A DNA stretch of 64,000 nucleotides from a virus. Below the pieces are notes generated by a model. The model was not told the DNA's origin. It did not search any database and worked only from the letters and a program-made list of their open reading frames with translations. Shown one piece after another: positions 1 to 9,942 of this stretch; positions within the stretch are counted from its first letter, which is position 1, and every line of letters starts with the position of its first letter. A program made the position numbers and the translations under genes. The DNA lies in IMG/VR virus record IMGVR_UViG_3300035698_014689, positions 1 to 64,000 of that record; one strand, given 5' to 3'.

Positions 1-302
1 AATGCAAGTCGTTTTAAAATTATTTTCTCTTAAATTTTCCAACCACTTTTTTATTGGCACGATTGCACTTGCGTGCATTCACATGATCAGACTCCTCCGA
101 ACGAGTTTGTACATCCTTAACCGACTTCCCATAACGTCTTTCCTGCTTAGTCATCATCCACTCCTATTTAAACGACTATTTAAAAACATGACCACAGCCC
201 ACGAATATGCACACAAACCACATACATGCACACACACGCATGAGCTGGGATCATTCTTTAAATGATTTTTTTCATAATACACCTCCTCCTTTTATTTTCT
301 TT

Positions 303-578
303 TCAGGCTCCCTCTGTCTCCTTTTCCATTTGATTGATCAATTCCATAGCTTCCGTAAAATCCCTCCCACAAATATCAAGCATTGCAGGGAAAGAACCAC
401 AGACTCTAGGCCTATCAGGACTTTCAAATAAATTACAGAGATTCTTTTCCGTCAAGTGCACACAGCGTTCTCCAGCTTTCTTCCCTTCAGGTAATGCAGG
501 AAAGGCAGGACTAATACTGATTGCTATACAACAAGCTCCACAGGCCCTGCATTCTAATCTGTTTGCTTTCTCCATCAT
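303..578 (-). CDS. YkgJ/YeiW-family cysteine-cluster (Zn/Fe-chelating) protein
   Basis: CRACGACC...GERCVHL...CNLFESPDRPRVC...C pattern; GGGGAGG RBS. Confidence 0.85.
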   Translation of the reverse strand: MMEKANRLECRACGACCIAISISPAFPALPEGKKAGERCVHLTEKNLCNLFESPDRPRVCGSFPAMLDICGRDFTEAMELINQMEKETEGA

Positions 579-590
579 TTCCTCCCCAAA

Positions 591-827
591 TTATCTACCA
601 TTTTTCAAATGTCTCAGCAGTTTCCATACTTTATAGTCAGCCACTCCCTCGACCTCACTGAAATCCAACTTCCCGAATACTTCCAAGATTTCATTACACT
701 CCACCTCGGAACCACCGAACACAGTGTTCCAGTTTCGATACTTGTCCTGCTGTTCCACATGATGCGTGTTAACTAGACTTGGATACTCCATCTTACTCAC
801 TTTCCTGTCAATGATGTGCTTACTCAT
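591..827 (-). CDS. hypothetical protein
   Basis: ORF with AGGAG RBS, co-oriented with neighbours. Confidence 0.6.
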   Translation of the reverse strand: MSKHIIDRKVSKMEYPSLVNTHHVEQQDKYRNWNTVFGGSEVECNEILEVFGKLDFSEVEGVADYKVWKLLRHLKNGR

Positions 828-999
828 CTTTTACTCCTATTTTAAAATGCTCCACAATCACGAGGTCTCACAGTATAAATTTGTCTGATGGAACGATTCA
901 ATATGATCCAGCCCACAGCATCAGCTCTGTTCTTTGCTGGTATCACAGTGCGAACCATTTCACCAGCCCCGTCCATATATCGTACAGTCCAACTCATCA

Positions 1000-1100
1000 T
1001 TTCCTCCTATTTAAAAACATAAAACACATTTCACATACAGAGAATATACGTGTATCAAAAACATTTACAAGTACTGAAACTAACAAATTTCTTTTATTTT
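1000..1100 (-). promoter_or_regulatory. phage promoter/leader motif, copy 1
   Basis: AT-rich UP tract, GTACTTGTAA, TTGATA, TATTCTCTGTATG, then TTTAAATAGGAGG RBS; closely similar to 15193-15290. Confidence 0.6.
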
Positions 1101-1946
1101 TAAATAGGTGTAATCCTCTTTATATAATAGGGAGGGAAAAACAAACAACACACACGAGCAAAAATTTTAGAGGATAAGACTTTTATAACTCTGTGTGAAC
1201 ACGTTTGGTTTATTGATCCACAGTCCAGTCCAGTAACAACGTCTCAGTACGTGCCCTTACGTTCAATCAACATCACACAATTTTATACTTGCCCTTACGT
1301 GCCCTTACGTTCCAGAACGGTTGATGAAATAGTCTAACGTATCACTCTATCGATTGGCAACCAGAAAAAAAACAAAAAAACAAAAAAAGAATAAAGGTGC
1401 TTAGTTACACCTCGGATCGTCTCCTAAAATAAATGGGCATCTCTCTCATATTTTCACTCTCATCGGAATCGTATCACATCATTCACTACACTATATATAG
1501 TAGGTCTATGTCGTCCCATACGTAACAGACGGTACAGATCAACATATAAAGTTATACGAATACGTGCTCGATGTTGTTACAGACAGTACAGAACGGAACA
1601 GAACTACATATGGTATAGTCTAAACGTAGCGAATAGAAGAGAGAGAGAGATAGAAGGAAAGCGTTCGAGAGAAAGTATACTTAGTGATACGACGTCCTTA
1701 TGACGATGCAGGCATAGCATAGCATACACAACGTATCCAACGTATGATCATCTCAATAGTCATCAATATATCATCATCAATAGTATCTCTATCTCTATAT
1801 AGTTATAAGTCATACCGGCCCACGTACTCTAGTCATAGTCATATAGTCATGCCTCCCGCCCTTAGCACCATATATGTGTGTGCAAGAGCATTCTTTCGAT
1901 ATGTCGTATTCGGCCTTATCAGCTTATGTCATCATCACCGCAATGT

Positions 1947-1962
1947 GTGCAATCATGTGCAC
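1947..1962. promoter_or_regulatory. 16-bp palindrome GTGCA-N6-TGCAC
   Basis: GTGCAATCATGTGCAC, identical to 34384-34399. Confidence 0.7.
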
Positions 1963-2176
1963 AGGGGGTCTTATACTCTTATGTCGTTCCATACGTCCCA
2001 TACGTAACAGCTGTATAGGACTGTATAACTCATATCACACATGTGTCATAGGGATCAAGTGGAGGGGGTCTGGATATATACCCATACAAGGGTCTTTATC
2101 ATCCCGCGGTAGATCAGGGACATAGGGGGCCTTTTCATCGTCTCTTAAATAACAGGGGGGCAGGGGTCTTTTATCC
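1963..2176 (+). repeat. five imperfect AGGGG(G)(T/C)CT direct repeats
   Basis: Copies start at 1963, 2063, 2089, 2124 and 2162. Confidence 0.65.
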
Positions 2177-2418
2177 ATGCTTCGATACCATCGTATTAAC
2201 TCGTCATCCCACCCCCCCTCCCATGCACGTCCATATGAGCAGATGTTTTCAGGAGCTTCTGTCTCTTATGATAGAACCATTACTATAGTTCGCATGATTC
2301 TCACATTTGCAGGTGTCAGTGCAATCAGTTTTAACTCCTTCCACGGCAAGATTTTAGCGTGCAATCAACGTAGTTTTGAGTATGTTAATATACAAAATAT
2401 CTTAATTGCACGAATAGA

Positions 2419-2434
2419 GTGCATTTAATTGCAC
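2419..2434. promoter_or_regulatory. 16-bp palindrome GTGCA-N6-TGCAC
   Basis: GTGCATTTAATTGCAC at the stop codon of the SLOG gene. Confidence 0.7.
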
Positions 2435-2784
2435 TAATTAACGGTGATTTTCGTCACTTTCAGGTCGTGTTTTTCGGCAAGATTTATCATGTGAGAAGTG
2501 CCTTTAGAATAACCATCCCAAAGAGCCAGCAGAGCATCGGCATATTCGGCCATTTGAGCGTTCCTTCTATACCCTGCGGACTTTCCATATTCCTCCCATT
2601 CAGCAGGGAAGAGTTTTAGCGGAATATCAAGCTCTTTCGCCAATCTCTCACCAAGAGCATCAACACCCCTTGCCCCTCCTGAGACAATCTCAGTAATCTC
2701 GCAGATGTCGATGTTTCCCTCCACCATGAGACAGAGGTAATCATAATCAGTGAATGTTCTAGTTCCCGCGATGATCAGTTTCAT
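2434..2784 (-). CDS. SLOG-superfamily protein (DUF2493/YspA-like)
   Basis: IIAGTR, IVSGGARGVD, AGYRRNAQM, WDGYSKGT motifs. Confidence 0.85.
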   Translation of the reverse strand: MKLIIAGTRTFTDYDYLCLMVEGNIDICEITEIVSGGARGVDALGERLAKELDIPLKLFPAEWEEYGKSAGYRRNAQMAEYADALLALWDGYSKGTSHMINLAEKHDLKVTKITVN

Positions 2785-2977
2785 TTCTTCTCCCCCTTAT
2801 TTATCGCCCGCCGTTATCGCATCTTTCATTGCTGATCCACACCAATTACAAAAATCGACGCTAAGCCTGCAATGATAATTACATTCTGGATCTGAACAAA
2901 TCATCATTAAAGGTTCACGTCCTTCAAACATTTTTTAAGTTTCAATCGTCGTTCTTCATCTATTTGTTTTTTTGCGT

Positions 2978-3244
2978 TCATGCTATTTCTCCCTCTATTT
3001 TGTCATATTTATCGCAAGTGCCGCACAAGCCCTCTTTTAGCTCATGCTCTTCTATATACTTTTCATACTCTGTAAACATCTCCTCGCTAGGTTTTGCGCC
3101 ACGCTGGCAGTCAAAGGGGTCTTCTGGGATCTGCTTGCCGTCTTTAGTGCAAATCCAGCTCCCCATGTAGGTAGCTACTTCACATGTAGATTCGCAAAAG
3201 ACACAATTTCCACAGCACTCGGCTTTTCTGTAATTATTTTTCAT
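2978..3244 (-). CDS. small Cys-rich hypothetical protein
   Basis: CCGNCVFC...C...CGTCDKY. Confidence 0.6.
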   Translation of the reverse strand: MKNNYRKAECCGNCVFCESTCEVATYMGSWICTKDGKQIPEDPFDCQRGAKPSEEMFTEYEKYIEEHELKEGLCGTCDKYDKIEGEIA

Positions 3245-3245
3245 G

Positions 3246-3410
3246 CTATTTCTCCTCTTGAATGTTTTTCGCTTCTCTTCGCTCTTTTCTGGCAGTCAAT
3301 CGTTTAGTGTATTTACCTGTCGCTTCGCCTCCTGAATGCAGTCTGGATTTCCAATATTCCCGTCCAACTCCTATTTTAGCGCGCTTTTCCTTGTGTCGAG
3401 TCCTGCTCAT
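3246..3410 (-). CDS. small basic hypothetical protein (54 aa, not in ORF track)
   Basis: Manual translation MSRTRHKEKRAKIGVGREYWKSRLH...; GGGGAG RBS; abuts neighbours. Confidence 0.55.
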   Translation of the reverse strand: MSRTRHKEKRAKIGVGREYWKSRLHSGGEATGKYTKRLTARKERREAKNIQEEK

Positions 3411-3699
3411 TTCTCCCCCTTTATCTTTATCTTCAGCACGAGTTCGTATAGTGCGTCGATTAATTCATCCTCACTTATCAGTATTGCCGAAATCATATAT
3501 TTATAGTAATGTAAATTATTCTCGCGGATCCACTCAATCAGCTCGCCGATGGTGGGGGCTGGGGTTAAATGGTCTCTGCCATTTATTAATTGCGAATAGA
3601 AACAGCAGTATTTAGGACATGTATAGACATAGGTGTTCCGATATTTATTCCAGCGTCCATTAGGCTTTTTGCCTGTTCAAAATTTACTTTCTGTTTCAT
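3407..3699 (-). pseudogene. hypothetical gene with single frameshift near 3635 (probable sequence error)
   Basis: MKQKVNFEQAKSLMDAGINIG continues in the adjacent frame as ...PAPTIGELIEWIRE...KGEK; both ends overlap neighbours as ATGA. Confidence 0.5.
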
Positions 3700-3971
3700 T
3701 TCTCCCCCTTGAGTGCTTCGTCTGCTATTTTACATAGTTCTGTATATCCATTCTCTCCGTGATGGTCTCTCATCTCCTCCAGCGCCGTGCGGAGGCATAC
3801 AACTTTCCCCCTTAATTCATTACGTGCGTGAATCGTTCCCAACAAGGTTTTATCCAACTCCTCGTTGCGCTTCTGTAGCTCTATTATGGCGTTACTCGCC
3901 CAATCTGGCTCCGCTCTACACAGCCTTTTTATCGAAATTTCTTTCCCATCTATATCAAAATACTTTTTCAT
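3696..3971 (-). CDS. hypothetical coiled-coil protein
   Basis: ORF with ATGA overlaps. Confidence 0.6.
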   Translation of the reverse strand: MKKYFDIDGKEISIKRLCRAEPDWASNAIIELQKRNEELDKTLLGTIHARNELRGKVVCLRTALEEMRDHHGENGYTELCKIADEALKGEK

Positions 3972-4159
3972 TTCTCAACCTCCCTCATTTTTTGCGCTAT
4001 TTCTTTTAGCTTTTGAGCGCAATCGTCAAAAGCCTTATCTACATACCCCATAGACCACCCATTCGCCACCGACTGTTGATTGTCGGCCACCATGCCCGCA
4101 ACTTCAGCATTTACTGCAAACGCCTCTACCATCAATGATTCTACTGTTTCAGTTTTCAT
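3968..4159 (-). CDS. hypothetical protein
   Basis: ORF overlapping next gene by ATGA. Confidence 0.55.
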   Translation of the reverse strand: MKTETVESLMVEAFAVNAEVAGMVADNQQSVANGWSMGYVDKAFDDCAQKLKEIAQKMREVEK

Positions 4160-4310
4160 CTTTGTTCCTTTTTACATATCGGACACCTTGTCTCATCCTT
4201 ATCCAACCACCAATTGCAGTGGGGGACACCGTTTTTTAGTTTCAATTTTCATACCTCCCCCCTTTTCTCAGCTAGCGTGTCCGGTGCTTGAGCGGCCCAT
4301 TTAGCGTGTA

Positions 4311-4502
4311 TCAACTCCGCTTGCTTCGTGTGTCTTTGAGGGAAACAACTGGTTGCACATCATTCTCCAGCCTCTCCTTTTGCAGAGTAGTCAAATCCCC
4401 GAACGTCAACGGAACGTCATAACCAGCCAGCAGTGCCTCCTCATGCGATTTGAACATTCCCACATTCCCAGTTTCACTTTGCATCGTCAGCCTCCTTTGC
4501 AT
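4311..4502 (-). CDS. hypothetical protein (likely start MQSETG)
   Basis: AAGGAGG RBS before internal ATG. Confidence 0.45.
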   Translation of the reverse strand: MQRRLTMQSETGNVGMFKSHEEALLAGYDVPLTFGDLTTLQKERLENDVQPVVSLKDTRSKRS

Positions 4503-4738
4503 TTAACCAGCATTTCTCACAAATCAAAGTTCCTTTCCAAAAGTGCAGAACCTTCGGATTTTTCTTCTTACATTCATTGCAATCATTATAACTCATAGCA
4601 CTCCATTTTCTATGAAAAGATTCGGATGTTCTCCCGAGCGCATCTCACGATCCAACTCAAACCAGTTTCCCACAACAAAGAACTCCCTCTCTTGCATCTT
4701 TGAAAGCAAGAACAGCACATATAATATCAATAAAAATA

Positions 4739-4966
4739 TCATTCTTTTTCCTCCTCCATTCTACGCCTTCTTATCCTTTCCTTCAGTCTCTTTAGCGTTC
4801 TTTGTCGCGATCTCTCCCTGATAATCGTGTGAACCGTCTGATCCGATACCCCGCATGTCTTGGCGATTTGTGAGACATTCTGCGTACTCTCATAATAGAA
4901 TTGCAGTGCAGATTCCTCCAATTCCTCACGAGTGGCGTATCTTCCTGTTGTCTTAGGTCGTCCCAT
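4739..4966 (-). CDS. helix-turn-helix DNA-binding protein
   Basis: NVSQIAKTCGVSDQTVHTII HTH signature. Confidence 0.75.
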   Translation of the reverse strand: MGRPKTTGRYATREELEESALQFYYESTQNVSQIAKTCGVSDQTVHTIIRERSRQRTLKRLKERIRRRRMEEEKE

Positions 4967-5312
4967 CTTCCCTCCCCTGCTCTTTGAAGGCCTTTCTTCT
5001 CGCCATCAAAACATCAACAGCCCTCATCAATAAGTCACTCTCATCCCCGTGGAAATAATTCCTACCGTGTGTCAATTTAGAGATACCATCAATCACGCCT
5101 TGTATCTCCTCGACAGCCTCTTCACAAGTACGGGTAGAACCTTCGGAGACCAACTCCTTGAAACGTGATCTTGCGAACCACTTGGGAGACTGATCAAGCA
5201 GGACTATTTTAAATAACCCGTTCACCTCGTCCAAAACAGTATAACAATCCTCATCACATAAATAATTCGAATCCCTATCAACACACTTGACTGTTCTGAT
5301 TTTCGTCATCAT
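4953..5312 (-). CDS. hypothetical protein
   Basis: ORF with AAGGAG RBS, overlapping neighbours. Confidence 0.6.
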   Translation of the reverse strand: MMTKIRTVKCVDRDSNYLCDEDCYTVLDEVNGLFKIVLLDQSPKWFARSRFKELVSEGSTRTCEEAVEEIQGVIDGISKLTHGRNYFHGDESDLLMRAVDVLMARRKAFKEQGREDGTT

Positions 5313-5695
5313 TTACTCCTTCTTTTACATGTGGCGAGGACTTTCTGATAAATCTTCTCCGTATCAAAAAACGCTTTTCTGCTTTTAGCCCACGGAGACC
5401 GTAGGTACTTCAAGTATTCTTTCCAAGCCTGTTTCTTAGTTGTTCGAATTCCCACAGGCAAGTCATCCCCGACTGTGAATTTATCCCTCCACATCGGATC
5501 GATTGACCGAACCCAGCCATAATCATAATGCTTCTTGGACATCTTCCCCCATGTGCAAACATTCTTTTGAATCAGATAAACCACATCCTTTCGTATGCTG
5601 GACACCACATGAATTCTCGTCTCACACTTTCCATCGTCATCCGCACGGACGGAATACAGTTCTTTTCCAACTGTCATCTTAGGTGCTTTCATCAT
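5309..5695 (-). CDS. hypothetical protein
   Basis: ORF with TTTAAATAGGAG leader. Confidence 0.65.
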   Translation of the reverse strand: MMKAPKMTVGKELYSVRADDDGKCETRIHVVSSIRKDVVYLIQKNVCTWGKMSKKHYDYGWVRSIDPMWRDKFTVGDDLPVGIRTTKKQAWKEYLKYLRSPWAKSRKAFFDTEKIYQKVLATCKRRSK

Positions 5696-5718
5696 TTTTC
5701 TCCTATTTAAAACACAAT

Positions 5719-6260
5719 TTAACCTGCAATGATTGAAATACAGACAACATGAGCCATCTCTAATTTATACAAACAATACTTGAACGTCCCACCCGTATTA
5801 AAAAAGTCGTCAACAACTAGCACATTCTTACTCGCACACTCATAAAGAAGTCCAGTATCAAGTAGTGACGTGTCAAACTTCCTTCCGATACCATAACGAG
5901 TCCCCTCAGTGCTCCCGAAAAGTTTTACATAAGGAATATCAGAATACTTACTGATATATCTTGCTATGGAAACAGAAGAGCCTGACTTCTGTGGAGGGGT
6001 CGTTATAACATCAAACCTCCCCCTCACTAAATGTGCAATCAGTTGCATCTTTTTCTTAACAAGCCAAAACTGGGTGAAACTTCTATCCTTTTTGCACTTC
6101 TTCAGCATTCGCAATATAGACTTATGCTCAGACCCCCGCAGTGTGCAATATGATATGACCTCGTAAACCCTGCGAGGGGTGAGAGAACCAACCAGCAGTA
6201 AGTCAGCGCCAAGAACTCTTTCCCTTTATATTTATCTATGATTTCAGGAAGCATTGCCAT
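5719..6260 (-). CDS. type I phosphoribosyltransferase-domain protein (ComF-like); frameshift near 6219 separates the N-terminus
   Basis: VLVVDDFFNTGGT PRPP-binding loop; frame open upstream to ~6225; adding one A joins MAMLPEIIDKYKGK (GAGGAG RBS) to RVLGADLLL. Confidence 0.7.
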
Positions 6261-6551
6261 CACTTCTCTCCTCGTTATGCCTTTCCTTAAATTTGTCAAT
6301 CTTACTTTCAACAGGATTCTTGGCCCTCCAATCTTCAGCGGCGCACAGTAAAGGAGCCCACTTCATATAATCCCGTCTCGTCCTCGGGTCTTGGAAAAAC
6401 TGTTTGAAATCACCTAACCGATAAGCCTTCGGATCGGTTCACGGTCTAACGGATCATAGTGCCAATACCAATCACCTACTGAAACCACTCTTTCCTCACC
6501 ACGAACCGAGGACACTTTTGGCACTGCTTTCGTTATTTCAGCTTTTGTCAT
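6244..6551 (-). pseudogene. hypothetical gene with single frameshift near 6437 (probable sequence error)
   Basis: MTKAEITKAVPK...WYWHYDPLDRE continues in the adjacent frame as DPKAYRLGDFKQFF...DGNAS. Confidence 0.5.
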
Positions 6552-6565
6552 ATTTTCTCCAATTC

Positions 6566-6581
6566 GTGCAATTGAGTGCAC
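6566..6581. promoter_or_regulatory. 16-bp palindrome GTGCA-N6-TGCAC
   Basis: GTGCAATTGAGTGCAC in the short intergenic gap just upstream of the RBS for ATG 6551. Confidence 0.75.
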
Positions 6582-6590
6582 TTTTAATCA

Positions 6591-6854
6591 TCACCTTCTC
6601 CTCTTAATGAAAAACTTTTTAATCAATTCCCGAGCGGTCAGTTCCTTGGCTCCCCACATCACGGCCTTCTCCCGTTTCTTCAATCCAACCTTGTAATGCG
6701 TGACAGGGCCTTTCTGACGCTTATCCAATATGGACAGTCCAATTCCATGAGCCAACTCGTCAAGCTCCTCGGAAGTGTCCGCACATAAATGGCAGAACTC
6801 ATCACCGTCACGAGGTTCGTACATAGTGTCAACATAAACCATACGAACCCTCAA
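6591..6854 (-). CDS. DUF4031-family protein
   Basis: VYVD...CHLCADTSEEL...HY...AVMWGAKELTAREL pattern. Confidence 0.7.
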   Translation of the reverse strand: MRVRMVYVDTMYEPRDGDEFCHLCADTSEELDELAHGIGLSILDKRQKGPVTHYKVGLKKREKAVMWGAKELTARELIKKFFIKRRR

Positions 6855-7063
6855 ACAGATTTGCAGTGATCTGCTTCGAATTGCTTACGCTCATCCTTTC
6901 TGCGCTTCTCTTTCATGGCACGATCAGATTGAATGGCTGACTCATGCGTACTGCATACAGGCACTTCAGTGTGATCCTTCTCAACACTTGACATGAAAAT
7001 AGTCGGTACATCCTTCCCACAAATAGCACAGACAGCTGTATTCTTTTTCCAGCGTTTTCCCAT
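6851..7063 (-). CDS. small zinc-finger-like hypothetical protein
   Basis: CAICG...VCSTH. Confidence 0.55.
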   Translation of the reverse strand: MGKRWKKNTAVCAICGKDVPTIFMSSVEKDHTEVPVCSTHESAIQSDRAMKEKRRKDERKQFEADHCKSV

Positions 7064-7083
7064 AATCTCAATCTCCTTTTTTG

Positions 7084-7281
7084 TTATTCTACAAACTGGA
7101 AAACCGAAATGATTTCACTCTCTTCTACTCCCAACAAATCAGCCGCCTCACACAGCTCTTTTGCCAATACAATGGCATCCCCATTACACAATCTGCCTTC
7201 AATCCCGCCTTCATCCAAACAACTGTCTGATTCAACTGTTTCCCAGTAATACTCACCTCGTAATTTGAAAACTAAAAACAT
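7084..7281 (-). CDS. hypothetical protein
   Basis: ORF with GAGGAG RBS. Confidence 0.55.
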   Translation of the reverse strand: MFLVFKLRGEYYWETVESDSCLDEGGIEGRLCNGDAIVLAKELCEAADLLGVEESEIISVFQFVE

Positions 7282-7490
7282 TTTCTCACTCCTCTATTAT
7301 TTTAAAACCTTCACCACACACGGACGTATACCCAGATCACCAGAGCAATTTAAACTCTTTCTTATACTCGGAGAGAGCACAGGCATTCACTTTGATTAAC
7401 CCCTCAAGCCTTTTCTTTTCAATCTTATCCTCAGCGTACAGAGGGACGCACAGGATAGCCAGCAGTAACATCAACGACAGCTTTCTCATC

Positions 7491-8126
7491 TTAACCTCCT
7501 AATTTAAAGATTACGTTCTTAAATTCTTTCGTCTCATCAAACTCAAACCATTTGCTGAAACCATACAAAGACAGCACAGAGGACAGGGACTTCTCAGAAG
7601 GCTCACCACAACGTCGTGGGAGCTTCGAAACCTCTACGAGTACCCATTTGATGCAACCCGATCTCAACGTCCTCACACCTCCTTTCAGAACGTTCAACTC
7701 ACTTCCCTCAATATCCATCCACAAAAAAGACTTTCTCGAAATGGGAACCACACGAGCGAATGTGTCCAATGTATAGAATGGAGCGAGTTGAACACCATCA
7801 CCAACCACCTTCAATCTCTTTTTAGGCTCCAAGAGACTCGTGTTTCCCTGATCCTTAGTCAAGAGCAGAGACAACAACTGATCAGCCTTGTGAAGCCCGA
7901 AAGGATATAGTCTCCCCTGATAATCATCAACCCTCTGCACAAAGGTAATAATCTGTGGCTCGAAGCCGATGATTTCAATGTCAGGGAACCACTCCTTGAA
8001 CTGCTCTGCTTCATTATGTGGTTTCTGTCCCACTCCAACATTCAGGAGCAAACTAGGAGCCACGTCTAATTTATGCAGGATTGCGGATATATCAATCTTA
8101 TGCTTTTTTCTTGGTAGCTTTGCCAT
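7491..8126 (-). CDS. FkbM-family SAM-dependent methyltransferase
   Basis: LNVGVG, IIGFEP, TLDTF, FLWMDIEGSELNVLKGG, VLVEV motifs. Confidence 0.85.
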   Translation of the reverse strand: MAKLPRKKHKIDISAILHKLDVAPSLLLNVGVGQKPHNEAEQFKEWFPDIEIIGFEPQIITFVQRVDDYQGRLYPFGLHKADQLLSLLLTKDQGNTSLLEPKKRLKVVGDGVQLAPFYTLDTFARVVPISRKSFLWMDIEGSELNVLKGGVRTLRSGCIKWVLVEVSKLPRRCGEPSEKSLSSVLSLYGFSKWFEFDETKEFKNVIFKLGG

Positions 8127-8147
8127 TTTTCTTTTCCTGTTTCTCTT

Positions 8148-8522
8148 TCAATGTAACAGCGGATTGATCCAGCACAGAACTCTTTTCAATGCCTTCTTTC
8201 TACGTCCAGCGGCATTTGATGTTTCAGACAGTTCCTTGAGTGAAGGCTCATCCTTTTTCACCTTATCAGCCAGCTTCTTCCGAAGCTCTTTGGCCATCTT
8301 CTGTGCGGCTTCATCTGCCTCACGCTTTTCCTTGGAACGTTTCTGCAATGCCAGCAACAAGTCATTCATCAAGTCATCCGCAATCTTTTGCGCATGGTCG
8401 TCTTGACCTGAAGCGGATAAGAACGCACAACCTTTCTGATCAATTCCCAGCAGTATAGCGCCCTGCGCTTTCGTATCCCTTCTGAACCTCACGCACCATC
8501 CCTTCACATTTGATTCCGTCAT
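8148..8522 (-). CDS. hypothetical protein
   Basis: ORF; likely start MTESNVKGW with purine-rich RBS. Confidence 0.55.
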   Translation of the reverse strand: MTESNVKGWCVRFRRDTKAQGAILLGIDQKGCAFLSASGQDDHAQKIADDLMNDLLLALQKRSKEKREADEAAQKMAKELRKKLADKVKKDEPSLKELSETSNAAGRRKKALKRVLCWINPLLH

Positions 8523-8538
8523 CCTTTTTCTCCCTTTA

Positions 8539-9467
8539 TTAAAACGGAGGCTCATCCTCCACAATTGCTTCATCCTCAGACATAGTCTTATCCAATAGAA
8601 CTATCGCCTCCTCAGCATCAAAATGTTTGCGCAGTTTCGCCAAAGCTTCCATCTTATTTCCTGCTTCCGTCAAATACCTGCTAATCTCAACAAAAGGATC
8701 AGCATCAGAGATCGCCTTCATCAATCTTTTGATACCCTCCTTTTGCTTTTCAACGTGGACTATTTTATCATTCTGTTTCATTACCATTGTCAGGAGCATC
8801 TTTAACATTAGCACAGCGGAGAAGATATTCTCATCACAGTAGTAGTTTCCTGTTGCGAGAATACCAACCGTCTCCAGCCCATTTGTAATCAAGGAGTCGA
8901 ACTGCTCAATGTTATCAATGCAATCATCCGATGCACGTGTTGACAGCTTCTCCATAGCGTCAGTAAATTGTTTCACCAGCTCATCAATTAAGGCGTTAAT
9001 CTCATCCGTGGTGAAGGGACGACGAAGTAATTCACACGTGATGCTGATGCCTAAGTCAGCATTCTCATACTGATCCTTCGTGAGTGAATATACGCATCCT
9101 GTAGCGTCCAATAATCGATGAAGACTGGAAGCAATTCCATCCCCTTTTCTCTTCATTGTCAATTCCTCTTTTGGGATACATGTCTTATCATCAATATCGT
9201 AAAATCTTCGTTCTGAAAGAGCCTTGACACTCTCCTCTAAAAGCTCTCTCGATAACACGGGGGAGTCACTTGACGACTCCTTTTCCATAAGGGCCAAAGT
9301 GTCGAGGGAGTCTTTAACAAGAGTCGTGCACTCGGGCATCACAGCAGAGGGAACTGCCGTTGACTTCAACATGGTGCACTCCAAGTGCTTGCGAAAAGGC
9401 CCCAGCAGAGCCAATGTGTCACCGAGCTCTGAGGGGTCAGTCCTGATGTTTTCCTTTTATCAGTCAT
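8539..9467 (-). CDS. hypothetical helical protein; true start probably ATG 9467 with a one-base deletion near 9456
   Basis: 291-aa ORF lacking a good start; ATGA overlap with the upstream gene is restored by one extra A in AAAA. Confidence 0.6.
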
Positions 9468-9847
9468 CTCACCATTTTCAGTGAGGGAGCACCCTGCTTC
9501 ACAGTCCGAAGGGCAACGAGTTCTTTAGAAGCCTGTGTGTCCGCTTCAATGAACTTCTCAACCTCGCTTAGACGCTCTTTCAAGTCAATCCTGAACAATT
9601 CCAGTCCATTCGGCATATCCTCCACCAATTTCTCCAATGCGTCCTTATCCTTATAGGACACGTTCTGACGGAATGTGACCTCAAAGGCATGTTCGTCACC
9701 AGTCACTTTCTCAACACCACGGGCCTTGTATGGAGCGTGACTCAACACGCCCTCAATCACTGCCTGCTTACGCTTTTTCAGATGTGCCTCTTCAATAAGA
9801 ATGGCAGACCAGTCCTCAGCGAGTTTGTCGATTCTGTCTCCTGACAT
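9464..9847 (-). CDS. hypothetical phage protein (N-terminal coiled coil, loosely Gam-like architecture)
   Basis: AGGAGTAAGGA RBS before MSGDRID; family assignment weak. Confidence 0.55.
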   Translation of the reverse strand: MSGDRIDKLAEDWSAILIEEAHLKKRKQAVIEGVLSHAPYKARGVEKVTGDEHAFEVTFRQNVSYKDKDALEKLVEDMPNGLELFRIDLKERLSEVEKFIEADTQASKELVALRTVKQGAPSLKMVR

Positions 9848-9874
9848 ATTCCTTACTCCTTTTACTAAATAGAA

Positions 9875-9890
9875 GTGCATTCAGTTGCAC
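9875..9890. promoter_or_regulatory. 16-bp palindrome GTGCA-N6-TGCAC
   Basis: GTGCATTCAGTTGCAC between a terminator and the next RBS. Confidence 0.75.
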
Positions 9891-9900
9891 TCCTGCGACC

Positions 9901-9929
9901 AAAAAAAGAGGCCCTTGAAAAAGAGCCTC
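9901..9929 (-). terminator. rho-independent terminator
   Basis: GAGGCTCTT-loop-AAGGGCCTC followed by T7. Confidence 0.8.
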
Positions 9930-9942
9930 ATAAACGGTGATT

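Larger units (their letters stand above)
1130..2420. other. long non-coding low-complexity region (candidate genome terminus/packaging site or origin)
   Basis: No credible ORF on the coding strand; A-tracts, TA and GA dinucleotide runs, short direct repeats, G-runs and C-runs. Confidence 0.55.

Noticed and set aside
3540-3620. Possible tRNA (TGGTGG start on the plus strand)
   Set aside because: No T-loop GTTCGA or cloverleaf; the region reads as part of a frameshifted CDS. No tRNA was recognised anywhere in the window
6218-6224. GGGAAAG as a lambda-type programmed frameshift
   Set aside because: The heptamer is in the wrong phase (GGG AAA G) for tandem -1 slippage; a one-base sequence error is simpler
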